The position numbers and the translations under genes are program-made. A stretch of 64,000 nt of DNA, from positions 911,027-975,026 of the forward strand of contig CAVTYD010000002.1 in NCBI GenBank assembly GCA_963738945.1, read 5' to 3'. The stretch is from an uncultured Acidobacteriota bacterium (GTDB lineage Bacteria; Acidobacteriota; Thermoanaerobaculia; UBA5066; Gp7-AA6). The notes beneath the pieces are model-generated. The model was not told where the DNA came from. It saw only the letters and a list, made by a program, of their open reading frames with translations, and did not search any database. Positions 48,402-57,312 of the stretch are shown in pieces; position 1 is the stretch's first letter; each line of letters starts with the position of its first letter.

Positions 48402-50810
48402 TCAGGGCCGCGCGGGAGGCGGCGTCGGCGCGGCGGGCGGCGGCAGCGATCCTTCGTCGGGAAGCTCGCCCTTCTTCGGAACGTAGAAGGGCTGCTGCAG
48501 CGACCACGGCAGCTTCGCGATCTCCTGGGAGCGCGCGGTCCACTCTTCGGTCGGCTGGGAGCCGCTCACGAACGCCTCGAGGACGGGGATCGGCGTGTCG
48601 GCCGTCGCCTTGAGTCCCGTCTCGTAGTCCACCGGCGTGAGCACGATTCCCGGGGGCACGTCGAAGTCCTCCTGCGGATCGATGCGACCGTGGTCGCGCA
48701 TCTGCTCGATGATCCGGATCCAGATCGGGAGGGCGACGCGGGAGCCCTCGGCGCCCTTGCCGATCGACACCTTCTTTTCGTCGTTGCCGACCCAGACGCC
48801 GATCGTGTAGCGCGGCGTCATGCCGATGAACCAGGCGTCGGTCCACTCGTTCGTCGTCCCGGTCTTTCCGGCGATGTTCAGCTTGAGATTCGCCCGGGCC
48901 ACGGCCGCCGCGGCGGTTCCCCGCTGCGTGACCCCCCGAAGAATCTGGAGAAGCTGGAAGGTCGATTGGGGGTTCTCGACTTCGCGCGGATCCGGATGCG
49001 TCTGCTCGAGGACGTCGCCGTCGGAGTCGGTCACGCGCTCGATGAGGTACGGCGAGAACGCGAGGCCCTGGTTCGCGAAGACCGTGTAGGCCGACGTCAG
49101 CTCCATCAACGTGACCTCGAAGGCCCCGAGCGCGAGGGAGGGGTACGGCTCGAGGTTCTGGTGGACGCCCAGGCGGTGGGCGGTCTCGATGATGTTCGGC
49201 AGACCCACCATCTCGGCCACCCGGATCGCCGGGATGTTGTAGGAATGCTCGAGGGCCTTCCGGAACGTCACGATGCCGTGAAACTTGCCGTCGTAGTTGA
49301 CCGGCCGGTAGGGAGGCTGGTGCGGGTCGATCGTGATCGAGAGCGGGCCGTCGAACACGGTGTCGGCTCCCGTGTAGCCCTGGTCGAGCGCCGTCAGGTA
49401 GACGAACGGCTTGAAGGCCGAGCCGGCCTGCCGTACCGCCTGGGTCGCGCGGTTGAACTTGGACAGGCTCCAGTCGGAGCCGCCGACCATCGCCCGGATG
49501 GCGCCCGTCGAGTTCTCCAGGATCAGGACGGAGCCCTGCTCGCGGGGCTCCTGCTCGAGGGCCGCCACCAGCGTGCCGTCCTTGGCCTTCTGGAACTCGG
49601 CGACGATCAGGTCGCCGGGTTTCAGGATCTTCGCCGCGGTGCTCGCCCCCGTCCACGCGACGGTGGCGTTCGGCAGCGCGAAGGTCTGCTTTCCGACGCG
49701 GACGTCGGCGCCCGATGCGGTCACGCGCATCACGACGGCGCGGACGGCGGCGCCCTCCTCGATCTTCGCGCTTTCCCACGACGGATCCACATAGCCCTCG
49801 AACGAGCGGTAGCCGTCCTCGGAGAGGTTGCGCGGCCGGTGAAATCCGTGGCGCTTCGAGACCTGGCGCAGGCCCCATCCGAGCGCGTCCTCGGACCACG
49901 TCTGCATCTCCGGATCGAGCGTCGATTCGACGTGAAGGCCCCGCCGGTACAGGTCCTTCTCGCCGTAGGACTTCTCGAGGTACTGGCGGATGTCTTCGCA
50001 GAAGTAGGGCGCGATGATGGACTCGGGCAGGGACGGCGCGGCCGGCAATGGCTCGGCATCGGCCGCGCGGCGTTCCGCCTCGGTGATGTAGCCCTCGGCG
50101 AGCATGCGCCGAAGGGCCGTCGACCGGCGCGACCGGGCGAGGGCGGGGTTGCGGAAGGGGGACTGGTCCTCCGGCCGCTGCACGATGCCCGCGAGCAGCG
50201 CCGCCTCGGCGAGCGAGATCTCCTTGATGCTCTTGCCGAAGTAATACCGGCTGGCCGCCTCGATGCCGTAGTTGCCGTGGCCGAGGTAGATCTCGTTGGC
50301 GTACATCGTGAGGATCTGGTCCTTGGAGTACCGCCGCTCGATCTCGAAGGAGACGAGCGCCTCGTTGACCTTGCGCGAGAGCGTCTTGCGCGGAGAGAGA
50401 AAGATCGCCCGAGCGAGCTGCTGGGTCAGGGTCGAGCCGCCCTGCGCGTACCCGCCCTGCCGGAGATTCGCGACCAGCGCCGAAAAGGTCCGCCGCACGT
50501 CCACGCCGCCGTGGCGGAAGAAGTTCTTGTCCTCGGTGGCGACGAGCGCGTGGGTGAGGACCGCGGGGATGTCCGCCCGGGTGACGAGCGTGCGCCGCTC
50601 GATCGCGTATCGTGCGATCGTCGAGCCGTCGCGTGCCGTGATGCGGGTGACGATGTCGGGCCGGTAGGTGGCCAGCTCGGAAACCCTCGGGACGCGGACG
50701 AAGTTCGTCGCGAACGAACCGACCACCGATCCGAGAAAAGCGACGAAGGCGAGCGGGAGGACGAGCGCCGCCGCGCGGGCGAACCCTTTCACGGTCCGAT
50801 TGTGAGGCAA
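48402..50810 (-). CDS. mrcA: penicillin-binding protein 1A (bifunctional transglycosylase/transpeptidase)
   Basis: ORF 48402..50810. GT51 motifs ATEDKNFFRHGGVD and RKVNEAL. Transpeptidase motifs SAFKPFVY and KTGTTN. Confidence 0.93.
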   Translation of the reverse strand: MPHNRTVKGFARAAALVLPLAFVAFLGSVVGSFATNFVRVPRVSELATYRPDIVTRITARDGSTIARYAIERRTLVTRADIPAVLTHALVATEDKNFFRHGGVDVRRTFSALVANLRQGGYAQGGSTLTQQLARAIFLSPRKTLSRKVNEALVSFEIERRYSKDQILTMYANEIYLGHGNYGIEAASRYYFGKSIKEISLAEAALLAGIVQRPEDQSPFRNPALARSRRSTALRRMLAEGYITEAERRAADAEPLPAAPSLPESIIAPYFCEDIRQYLEKSYGEKDLYRRGLHVESTLDPEMQTWSEDALGWGLRQVSKRHGFHRPRNLSEDGYRSFEGYVDPSWESAKIEEGAAVRAVVMRVTASGADVRVGKQTFALPNATVAWTGASTAAKILKPGDLIVAEFQKAKDGTLVAALEQEPREQGSVLILENSTGAIRAMVGGSDWSLSKFNRATQAVRQAGSAFKPFVYLTALDQGYTGADTVFDGPLSITIDPHQPPYRPVNYDGKFHGIVTFRKALEHSYNIPAIRVAEMVGLPNIIETAHRLGVHQNLEPYPSLALGAFEVTLMELTSAYTVFANQGLAFSPYLIERVTDSDGDVLEQTHPDPREVENPQSTFQLLQILRGVTQRGTAAAAVARANLKLNIAGKTGTTNEWTDAWFIGMTPRYTIGVWVGNDEKKVSIGKGAEGSRVALPIWIRIIEQMRDHGRIDPQEDFDVPPGIVLTPVDYETGLKATADTPIPVLEAFVSGSQPTEEWTARSQEIAKLPWSLQQPFYVPKKGELPDEGSLPPPAAPTPPPARP

Positions 50811-50845
50811 ACGGGCTTCTTATGCTATAAGCGGCGATTCACCCC

Positions 50846-52909
50846 ATGGCGCGCGTTTCCGAACCCCGGTCCCCCTCGTCTTCCGGCAAGCCGCCGAGCT
50901 ACCTCGAGGCCCAGGCCAGCGCCACCGGCCGCTTCCGGCTCACGACCGATTTCACGCCCCAGGGCGACCAGGTCCGGGCGATCGCCAAACTCGTCGAGGG
51001 TCTGGCGGACCGGCGGACCGACCAGGTCCTTCTCGGCGTGACGGGATCGGGCAAGACGTTCACGATCGCGAAAGTCGTCGAGGCGATCAACCGCCCGACT
51101 CTCGTCCTCTCCCACAACAAGACGCTCGCGGCCCAGCTGTACCAGGAGTTCCGGAGCTTCTTTCCGGAGAACTCGGTCGAGTACTTCGTGTCCTACTACG
51201 ACTACTACCAGCCGGAGGCCTACGTTCCGCAGACGGACACGTACATCGAGAAGGAGACCTCCCGCAACGAGGAGATCGACAAGCTGCGCCTGGCGGCCTC
51301 CAAGGCTCTCTTCGAGCGCCGCGACGTCATCGTGGTCGCCTCCGTGTCCTGCATCTACGGCCTCGGCGCGCCCGACTCGTACTACGACATGCTGGCCTAC
51401 CTCGAGGTGGGCGACGTTCAGGGGATGCCGGCGCTGCTGGCGCGCCTGGTCGAGATGCAGTACGAGCGGACGAACCTGGACCTGGCGCGCGGCAGTTTCC
51501 GCGTGCGGGGCGACGTCCTCGAGATCCAGCCCGCCTACGAGGACACGGCGGTGCGCGTCGAGTTCTTCGGCGACGAGATCGAGAAGATCACCAAGACCGA
51601 CCCGCTGCGGGGCACCGCGCTGCAGAGGGTCGATCGACTGGCCCTCTATCCGCGCACGTTCTATGCGACGCCGCGCGAGACCCTCGAGCGAGCGATCGGC
51701 TCGATCCGCCTGGAGCTCGACGAGCGGATGGCGGAGCTCACCCGGGCCGGCCGCCTCCTCGAGGCGCAGCGGCTGCACCAGCGGACGATGTTCGATCTCG
51801 AGATGATCAAGGAGCTCGGCTATTGCAACGGCATCGAGAACTACTCCCGCCACCTCTCGGGCCGCGCCCCCGGCGAGCCGCCGCCGACGCTTCTCGACTA
51901 CTTCCCGAAGGACTTCCTGCTCGTCGTGGACGAATCGCACGTGACGCTGCCGCAGGTCCGCGGCATGTATTTCGGGGATCGGTCGCGCAAGCAGGTTCTC
52001 GTCGACTACGGCTTCCGCCTGCCGTCGGCTCTGGACAATCGCCCGCTCACCTACGACGAATTCCGGACTCGCGTGAACCAGGTCATCGCGGTCAGCGCCA
52101 CGCCCGGCCCGGAAGAGCTGGAGCGCTCGGGCGGCGAGATCGTCGAGCAGGTCATCCGGCCGACGGGCCTCGTGGATCCCTCGATCGAAGTGCGGCCGGT
52201 CAAGGGACAGGTGGACGACCTGCTCGCGGTCGTGCGGGCGGCCGCGGCGGAGAACGAGCGCGTCCTCGTGACGACGCTGACCAAGCGGATGGCCGAGGAG
52301 CTCACGAACTACTTCACCGAGGTCGGCGTGCGCTGCCGGTACCTCCACTCCGACATCGAGGTCATGGATCGCGTGAGCATCCTGGCGGACTTCCGGCGGG
52401 GCGTCTTCGACTGCCTGATCGGGATCAACCTGCTGCGCGAGGGACTGGACCTTCCCGAGGTCGCCGTCGTCGCGATCCTCGACGCCGACAAGGAGGGATT
52501 CCTGCGGAGCGAGACCTCGCTGATCCAGACGGCGGGCCGCGCGGCGCGGAATCTGAAGGGGAGGGTGATCTTCTACGCGGATGCGGTGACCGACTCCATG
52601 CGCCGCGCGATGGAGGAGACGGGCCGCCGCCGCACGATCCAGGAGGCGCACAACCGGGAGCACGGGATCGTCCCGGCCTCCATCGTCAAGCAGGTCAACT
52701 CGCCGCTCGTCCGCATGGCGAACCTCGACTACTACGAGATGCCGTCGGCACCCCGGCCCGACGTGCCCGACGCCGACTCGCTGCGCCGGCGGATCGCGGA
52801 CCTCGAGAAGCAGATGAAGGCCGCGGCCAAGGAGCTCGATTTCGAGAGGGCGGCCGCGCTGCGGGACGAGATCCGCGGCCTGCGGGAGCTCGAAATCTTC
52901 AGGGCTTGA
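50846..52909 (+). CDS. uvrB: excinuclease ABC subunit B
   Basis: ORF 50846..52909. Motifs GVTGSGKTF and VVDESHVT, beta-hairpin region [11 protein letters not shown]-terminal UVR domain [11 protein letters not shown]. Confidence 0.97.
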   Translation: MARVSEPRSPSSSGKPPSYLEAQASATGRFRLTTDFTPQGDQVRAIAKLVEGLADRRTDQVLLGVTGSGKTFTIAKVVEAINRPTLVLSHNKTLAAQLYQEFRSFFPENSVEYFVSYYDYYQPEAYVPQTDTYIEKETSRNEEIDKLRLAASKALFERRDVIVVASVSCIYGLGAPDSYYDMLAYLEVGDVQGMPALLARLVEMQYERTNLDLARGSFRVRGDVLEIQPAYEDTAVRVEFFGDEIEKITKTDPLRGTALQRVDRLALYPRTFYATPRETLERAIGSIRLELDERMAELTRAGRLLEAQRLHQRTMFDLEMIKELGYCNGIENYSRHLSGRAPGEPPPTLLDYFPKDFLLVVDESHVTLPQVRGMYFGDRSRKQVLVDYGFRLPSALDNRPLTYDEFRTRVNQVIAVSATPGPEELERSGGEIVEQVIRPTGLVDPSIEVRPVKGQVDDLLAVVRAAAAENERVLVTTLTKRMAEELTNYFTEVGVRCRYLHSDIEVMDRVSILADFRRGVFDCLIGINLLREGLDLPEVAVVAILDADKEGFLRSETSLIQTAGRAARNLKGRVIFYADAVTDSMRRAMEETGRRRTIQEAHNREHGIVPASIVKQVNSPLVRMANLDYYEMPSAPRPDVPDADSLRRRIADLEKQMKAAAKELDFERAAALRDEIRGLRELEIFRA

Positions 52910-53246
52910 CGGCCGGCGTCGCCGCCGGCCCGGGGGTTGGAGTCCGGGGCTTCAACGGGTTCTTCTTCACGTAGAGCCGGGCGGCATCGTCGACCGGATC
53001 GCCCGAGATCGGCCAGGCGATCATCCGCGGCCTCAGGGCGTTGTCCAGCCCGACGCCGACCAGGGTGTTGCCGTAGCCGGCATCCGGCAGATTCGCCGCG
53101 GCGTCCGCGGGACGCAGCCCGTAAGGAACCGAGCACGGAAACGCCGCGTGGCAGCGGGAGAGCGGAACGAGCTGGGCCCGGAGCGCGCCGCTCGAGGCGA
53201 GCAGCATACCGATTGCGGCCGCGCCGAACTTCGCCCCGCGGCTCAT
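52899..53246 (-). CDS. hypothetical small secreted protein (115 aa)
   Basis: Inner ATG at 53246 of ORF 52899..53444. Signal peptide [18 protein letters not shown] and G/C-rich third codon positions. ATGA overlap with the upstream zinc-ribbon gene. Confidence 0.5.
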   Translation of the reverse strand: MSRGAKFGAAAIGMLLASSGALRAQLVPLSRCHAAFPCSVPYGLRPADAAANLPDAGYGNTLVGVGLDNALRPRMIAWPISGDPVDDAARLYVKKNPLKPRTPTPGPAATPAVKP

Positions 53247-53458
53247 ATCCAGTGGCACGCGCGGGCGAGCCCCGCCAGGACCAGCAGAAGCGCGGCGATC
53301 GCGGCCGCCCAGACCGCCGTGCGCGATTTGGTCGCCAGCGGCCGCTGGCGGGTGTAGAAGCCGGTCTGCCACCGCTCGAGCTCGCGGTTGCACTTGGGGC
53401 ACACGGGAGTGCCGGGCTCCACCGGGGTGTAGCAGTACGGGCACTCGTACATCGGCAT
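53243..53458 (-). CDS. zinc-ribbon (CxxC...CxxC) protein with C-terminal TM helix (71 aa)
   Basis: Last 71 codons of ORF 53243..54892: MPMYECPYCYTPVEPGTPVCPKCNREL...AVWAAAIAALLLVLAGLA. Coding-like codon bias. Confidence 0.6.
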   Translation of the reverse strand: MPMYECPYCYTPVEPGTPVCPKCNRELERWQTGFYTRQRPLATKSRTAVWAAAIAALLLVLAGLARACHWI

Positions 53459-53464
53459 GCGGTG

Positions 53465-53470
53465 ATCATA
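53465..53470 (-). promoter_or_regulatory. putative -10 box TATGAT 6 nt upstream of the zinc-ribbon gene ATG (leaderless)
   Basis: The reverse strand reads GCAGTATGATCACCGCATG. No Shine-Dalgarno sequence is possible. Confidence 0.4.
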
Positions 53471-53486
53471 CTGCCGGCGAGCGCGA

Positions 53487-53619
53487 GTCCTTTTCGTAGC
53501 CCGGCCCTCGCCTTGCTCGGCCCGAGCTACGACGCGGCGTTTTCCCGCCGCGGGTCTTTTCGCAGCCCAGCCCTCGCTTTGCTCGGCCTGGTCTACGACG
53601 CGGCGTTTTCCCGCCGCGG
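53487..53619. repeat. tandem direct duplication (67 + 66 nt, ~90% identical) of a structured intergenic repeat
   Basis: Unit 1 at 53487..53553 and unit 2 at 53554..53619 aligned by hand (6 substitutions, 1 indel). Each ends in hairpin CGCGGCG-ttttcc-CGCCGCG. Confidence 0.75.
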
Positions 53620-53644
53620 GTGGGGTTCGGGTTACACTCACGTC

Positions 53645-55460
53645 GTGGTCGAGCCTCGCCGCGGCCCGGAGAATCTGCCGGATTCCCCGGGCGTCTATCT
53701 CTTCCGCGGCGACAGGGGGAAGATCCTCTACGTCGGCAAAGCCCTGTCGCTGCGCAAACGCGTCGCCTCCTACTTCAACCCGGCCGGGGGCGGCGCGAAA
53801 GAAGAGGCTCTGCGCCGACTTCACCGCGAGGTCGAAACGATCTCGACGCGCACGGAGCTCGAGGCGCTGCTGCTCGAAAACACGCTCATCAAGAAGCACC
53901 GCCCGAAATACAACGTCTGCCTGCGCGACGACAAGACCTATCCCTACATCAAGATCACGACCGGCGAGGACTGGCCTCGGGCTCTCGTCACGAGGCGTGT
54001 CGAGGAGGACGGACACTCCTACTACGGCCCGTTCTGGGGTGGCCTGGCGCGTCGGATCATGCGGATGATCACGCGCCACTTCCAGATCCGCACGTGCACG
54101 ATCGAGATCGACGGAAAGCTCCCCAGGCCGTGCCTCTACTACGACCTTCACGCCTGTCTCGGCCCGTGCGTGGCGGGGCTGACGACGAGGGAGACGTATC
54201 GGAGCGCCGTCCACGACGTCGTGCTCTTCCTCGAGGGGCGCAACCGCGAGCTCGAGGCGAGCCTGACCGCGAAGATGCAGACCTCGGCGGAGGCCGAGAA
54301 CTTCGAGATGGCCGCCGCCTACCGGGACGCCCTTCGCACGGTCCGCGACGTGTCGGAGAGCCAGGTCGTCCAGTCGCTCCGAGGCGAGAACGTCGACGTC
54401 TTCGGATTCTTCGAGTCCGGACAGGACGTGGCCATCTGCGTTCTGGTCGTGCGCGGCGGAGTCCTCCAGGACCGGCGCGACTTCTTCTTCGAAAAGGCGC
54501 AGGAGCTCGACCCGCCGGCGTTTCTCGAGGCGTTTCTGCCCCAGTTCTACGATGCGAATCCGTTTCTCCCCTCCGAGGTTCACCTTCCCGTCACGATCGC
54601 GGGCGCGAAGCTGGTCGAGGACTACATCGCGGCGCGCCGCAACGCGAAGGTCGCGGTGCGCACGCCGCAGCGCGGGGATGCGGCCGACCGCATCCGCATG
54701 GCGGAGACGAACGCGCGCGAGCGCCACCGGGTCCGCTTCCGCGGGACCGGGGGCGACGAGGCGGTCGCCGTCGAGAAGCTGGCGCGCGCGCTCGGCCTCG
54801 GCGATCCCGCCCCGGCGCATCGAGGCCTTCGACATCTCGCACACGCAGGGGACGGACAGCGTGGCCTCGCTCGTGGTGTTCGAGGAGGGCAAGCCGAAGA
54901 AGTCCGACTACCGCCTCTTCAACATCGAGTCGCAGACCCTGCTCGAGCCGGACGACTTCCGGAGCATGGCCGAGGCCGTGGATCGCCGGTATCGCCGCCT
55001 CCAAGCGGAAGGCTCGCCGATGCCCGACCTGATCCTGATCGACGGCGGGCGCGGGCAGCTCCAGGCGGCGCTGACCGCTCTCGACCGGCTGGGCCTCGAC
55101 CTTCCGGCCGTCGGCCTCGCCAAGCGGGAGGAAGAGATCTGGGCGCCGGGGCGGCCCGAGCCCATCCGTCTGTCGCGAAAGGATCCGGCCCTGCAGCTCG
55201 TCCAGCGCGTCCGGGACGAGGCGCATCGGTTCGCGATCTCGAGACATCGACAGCGCCGCGGAAAGCGGATGCGCCAGACCGGCCTGACGGAGATCCCGGG
55301 AGTCGGCCCGGTGCGCGCCCGGTTGCTGCTGCGCCGGTTCGGTTCCGTGAAGGGCTTGCGGGTCGCCGATCCGCGCGAGATCGCGGCGGCCGTCGGCCCG
55401 ACGACGGCGCGCGCCGTGGCCGCGTACCTCGGCGCGGGGGAGGGAGCGGCGGGCGCATGA
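53645..55460 (+). pseudogene. uvrC: excinuclease ABC subunit C, interrupted by one +1 frameshift near 54810 as assembled
   Basis: The GIY-YIG N-terminus PGVYLFRGDRGKILYVGKALSLRKRV is in the frame of ORF 52937..57259. From RIEAFDISHTQG onward (with the HhH C-terminus) it is in the frame of ORF 54552..55460. Length is 1816 nt, i.e. 3n+1. Confidence 0.9.
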
Positions 55461-57259
55461 GAACGGTGTTCGAGCCCGAGGGGGACCTGCGCGGGGTAGA
55501 CGTGCTCGCGGCGTTCGTGGCGCTCTGGCGCGCGGCGGGAAGCGGGTCGCTGCAGTTCTCGAGGTCCGGCGCGACCGCCGGGTTCGAGATCGCCGGAGGA
55601 GAGCTCCTCGCCAGCTCCTCCTCGGATCCCCGCTTCGACACGGCCGCCATTCTCGTTCGGGCGGGAAAGCTCGACACGCGGACGCTCGAGCGGCTCGCCG
55701 CGCCGGAAGGAGCGGACCGGGCGCTGCTGGCCCTCCAGGCCGGGGTCCTCACGCGCCGCGAATACCGCTGGGGCGAGAAGATCCGGGCGGTCGAGATCCT
55801 CTCCGATCTGCTGACCTGGCTCGAAGGGGAGTACTTCTTTCTTCCGAGGGAGGAACCCGAGCGGGAAACGACCGAGCCCCGCCTGCCGATTCCGCGGCTG
55901 ATCCTCGAGCTGTTCCTGAGGTCGCGCGACCGCAGCCTCGTCCTGAAACACCTCGGCGGGGCGGACGTGCCGCTGGCCCGCGCGTCGAATTTCGACGCCG
56001 AATTCGCGACCTTCGGCCTGACGGCCGACGCCGAATCGGTCGTCCGTCTGATCGATGGGACCTCGAGCGCCGCCGAGATCGCGAGCGAGGCTCCCGCCGA
56101 GTCCTTCGCCATCGAAAAGCTCCTGGCAGCTCTCGTCACGCTCGGTCTCGTGGCGCCGGCGTTCGCCGGAGCGGGACCGGCCGAGTCTCAGCCTCCGGCG
56201 CCGCTCGCGGTCGAACGCGAGGCGATCGGGGAGACCGGCGCCGCGGAGGAAGAAGTTCGAGGAGAGGAAGAAGAGGCGGAAGAAGACGCGGAAGAACGGC
56301 CGCCAACGGGCGCCGAGCGGATGACGGAAGAGCCGGCCGCGCCTTCGGAGGCCCTCGACGAGGCCGCCCGGTCATGGGACGAGGAAGACCGGCACGCCGC
56401 GGAAGAGGAATCGGGCGAGGGCCCGAGCGAGCTCGGCGACGAGCTCGAGGACGAGGAGGAGGCGGCCGAGGAGGAGCCCGTGGACGCGCCTCTCTCCGGC
56501 CGGGCTTCGGTCGCGCCCGATCTGGAGTTTGCGAGCCTGGGCGACGAGCCGGGACGAGCCGTCCCGGAGGCATCGAACCTGGCGGTCGGAGAAGCGGCGG
56601 GCTTCGATCGGCCGCTCGACACGGCCTCGAACGGCGACCTCGAGCGTCCGCCGCAGCGCTCCGGCTCTCTCCTGATCTGGGTTCTCGCTCTTCTCGCCGC
56701 GGGCGTCGTGGCGATTCTCTGGCTGCGCGGCCGCGGCCCTGCCGCTCCGGCGGCCGCCGTCGCCGCTCCGACGGCCACGGCCACGGAGATGCCGACGACT
56801 CCCGTGGGACCGGGTGCCGAAGCGACACCGGCGCCCTCGACTCCCGTGCCGGCCGCGGCGGTTCCCACCGAGGCCCCGATGGCGGCGCCGACGCGGACGC
56901 GCCCGACGGCCGTGCCGCCTTCCGCCGCGGCGCCGGCGGCGGCGGGACATACGAATTCCCGGCAGTACTGGCAGGACCGCGCGGCGCGCGATGCCCGCCG
57001 CCTTTCGACCGACAAGAAGACGCGCTATGCGATCCAGCTCGAGCTCGCCTGTGAAGTCGGCTCGCTCGTGGACGCCTTCCAGCACGACCGGCCCGCGGGC
57101 ACGATGTGGGTCCTCGCGACCTCGTACCAGGGCCGGACGTGCTTCCGGGTGCTCTGGGGCCGATACGCCACGCCGGAAGCGGCCCGGCGCGCGATTTCGG
57201 GCGTCCCGCGCTTCTTCGTGACCTCGAAAAACCACCCCGCCGTCACCGGCGTGCGCTGA
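55457..57259 (+). CDS. DUF4388 (PATAN-like) domain membrane protein with acidic linker, one TM helix, Pro/Ala/Thr-rich region and SPOR-like C-terminus
   Basis: ATG at 55457 (ATGA overlap with uvrC). N-terminal GDLRGVDVLAAFVALWRAAGSGSLQF... is DUF4388-like. TM segment LLIWVLALLAAGVVAILWL. C-terminal YAIQLEL...CFRVLWGRYATPEAARRA is SPOR-like. Confidence 0.65.
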   Translation: MRTVFEPEGDLRGVDVLAAFVALWRAAGSGSLQFSRSGATAGFEIAGGELLASSSSDPRFDTAAILVRAGKLDTRTLERLAAPEGADRALLALQAGVLTRREYRWGEKIRAVEILSDLLTWLEGEYFFLPREEPERETTEPRLPIPRLILELFLRSRDRSLVLKHLGGADVPLARASNFDAEFATFGLTADAESVVRLIDGTSSAAEIASEAPAESFAIEKLLAALVTLGLVAPAFAGAGPAESQPPAPLAVEREAIGETGAAEEEVRGEEEEAEEDAEERPPTGAERMTEEPAAPSEALDEAARSWDEEDRHAAEEESGEGPSELGDELEDEEEAAEEEPVDAPLSGRASVAPDLEFASLGDEPGRAVPEASNLAVGEAAGFDRPLDTASNGDLERPPQRSGSLLIWVLALLAAGVVAILWLRGRGPAAPAAAVAAPTATATEMPTTPVGPGAEATPAPSTPVPAAAVPTEAPMAAPTRTRPTAVPPSAAAPAAAGHTNSRQYWQDRAARDARRLSTDKKTRYAIQLELACEVGSLVDAFQHDRPAGTMWVLATSYQGRTCFRVLWGRYATPEAARRAISGVPRFFVTSKNHPAVTGVR

Positions 57260-57312
57260 CGCCGCAGGATTCTGCTACCCTCATTCATCCTGCGCGCGAG
57301 TCGTCAGACGCC

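Noticed and set aside
50815-50845. CTTATgctATAAG inverted repeat upstream of uvrB as an SOS/LexA box
   Set aside because: It does not match any LexA consensus I know (CTGT-N8-ACAG, GAAC-N4-GTTC, or delta/alpha-type boxes). It is more simply explained as the AT-rich -10 region (TATAAG) of the uvrB promoter.
48388-51041. Large ORFs overlapping the PBP1A gene (48388..49899 minus, 503 aa; 48690..51041 plus, 783 aa)
   Set aside because: These are alternative-frame or antisense shadows of mrcA. Their composition is Arg/Gly/Asp-rich and they lack motifs, whereas the 48402..50810 frame carries all the PBP1A signatures.
53487-53619. Possible CRISPR array
   Set aside because: There are only two directly abutting, imperfect 66-67-nt units with no spacers and no cas genes. 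The unit is much longer than a CRISPR repeat. I treated it as a structured intergenic repeat instead.
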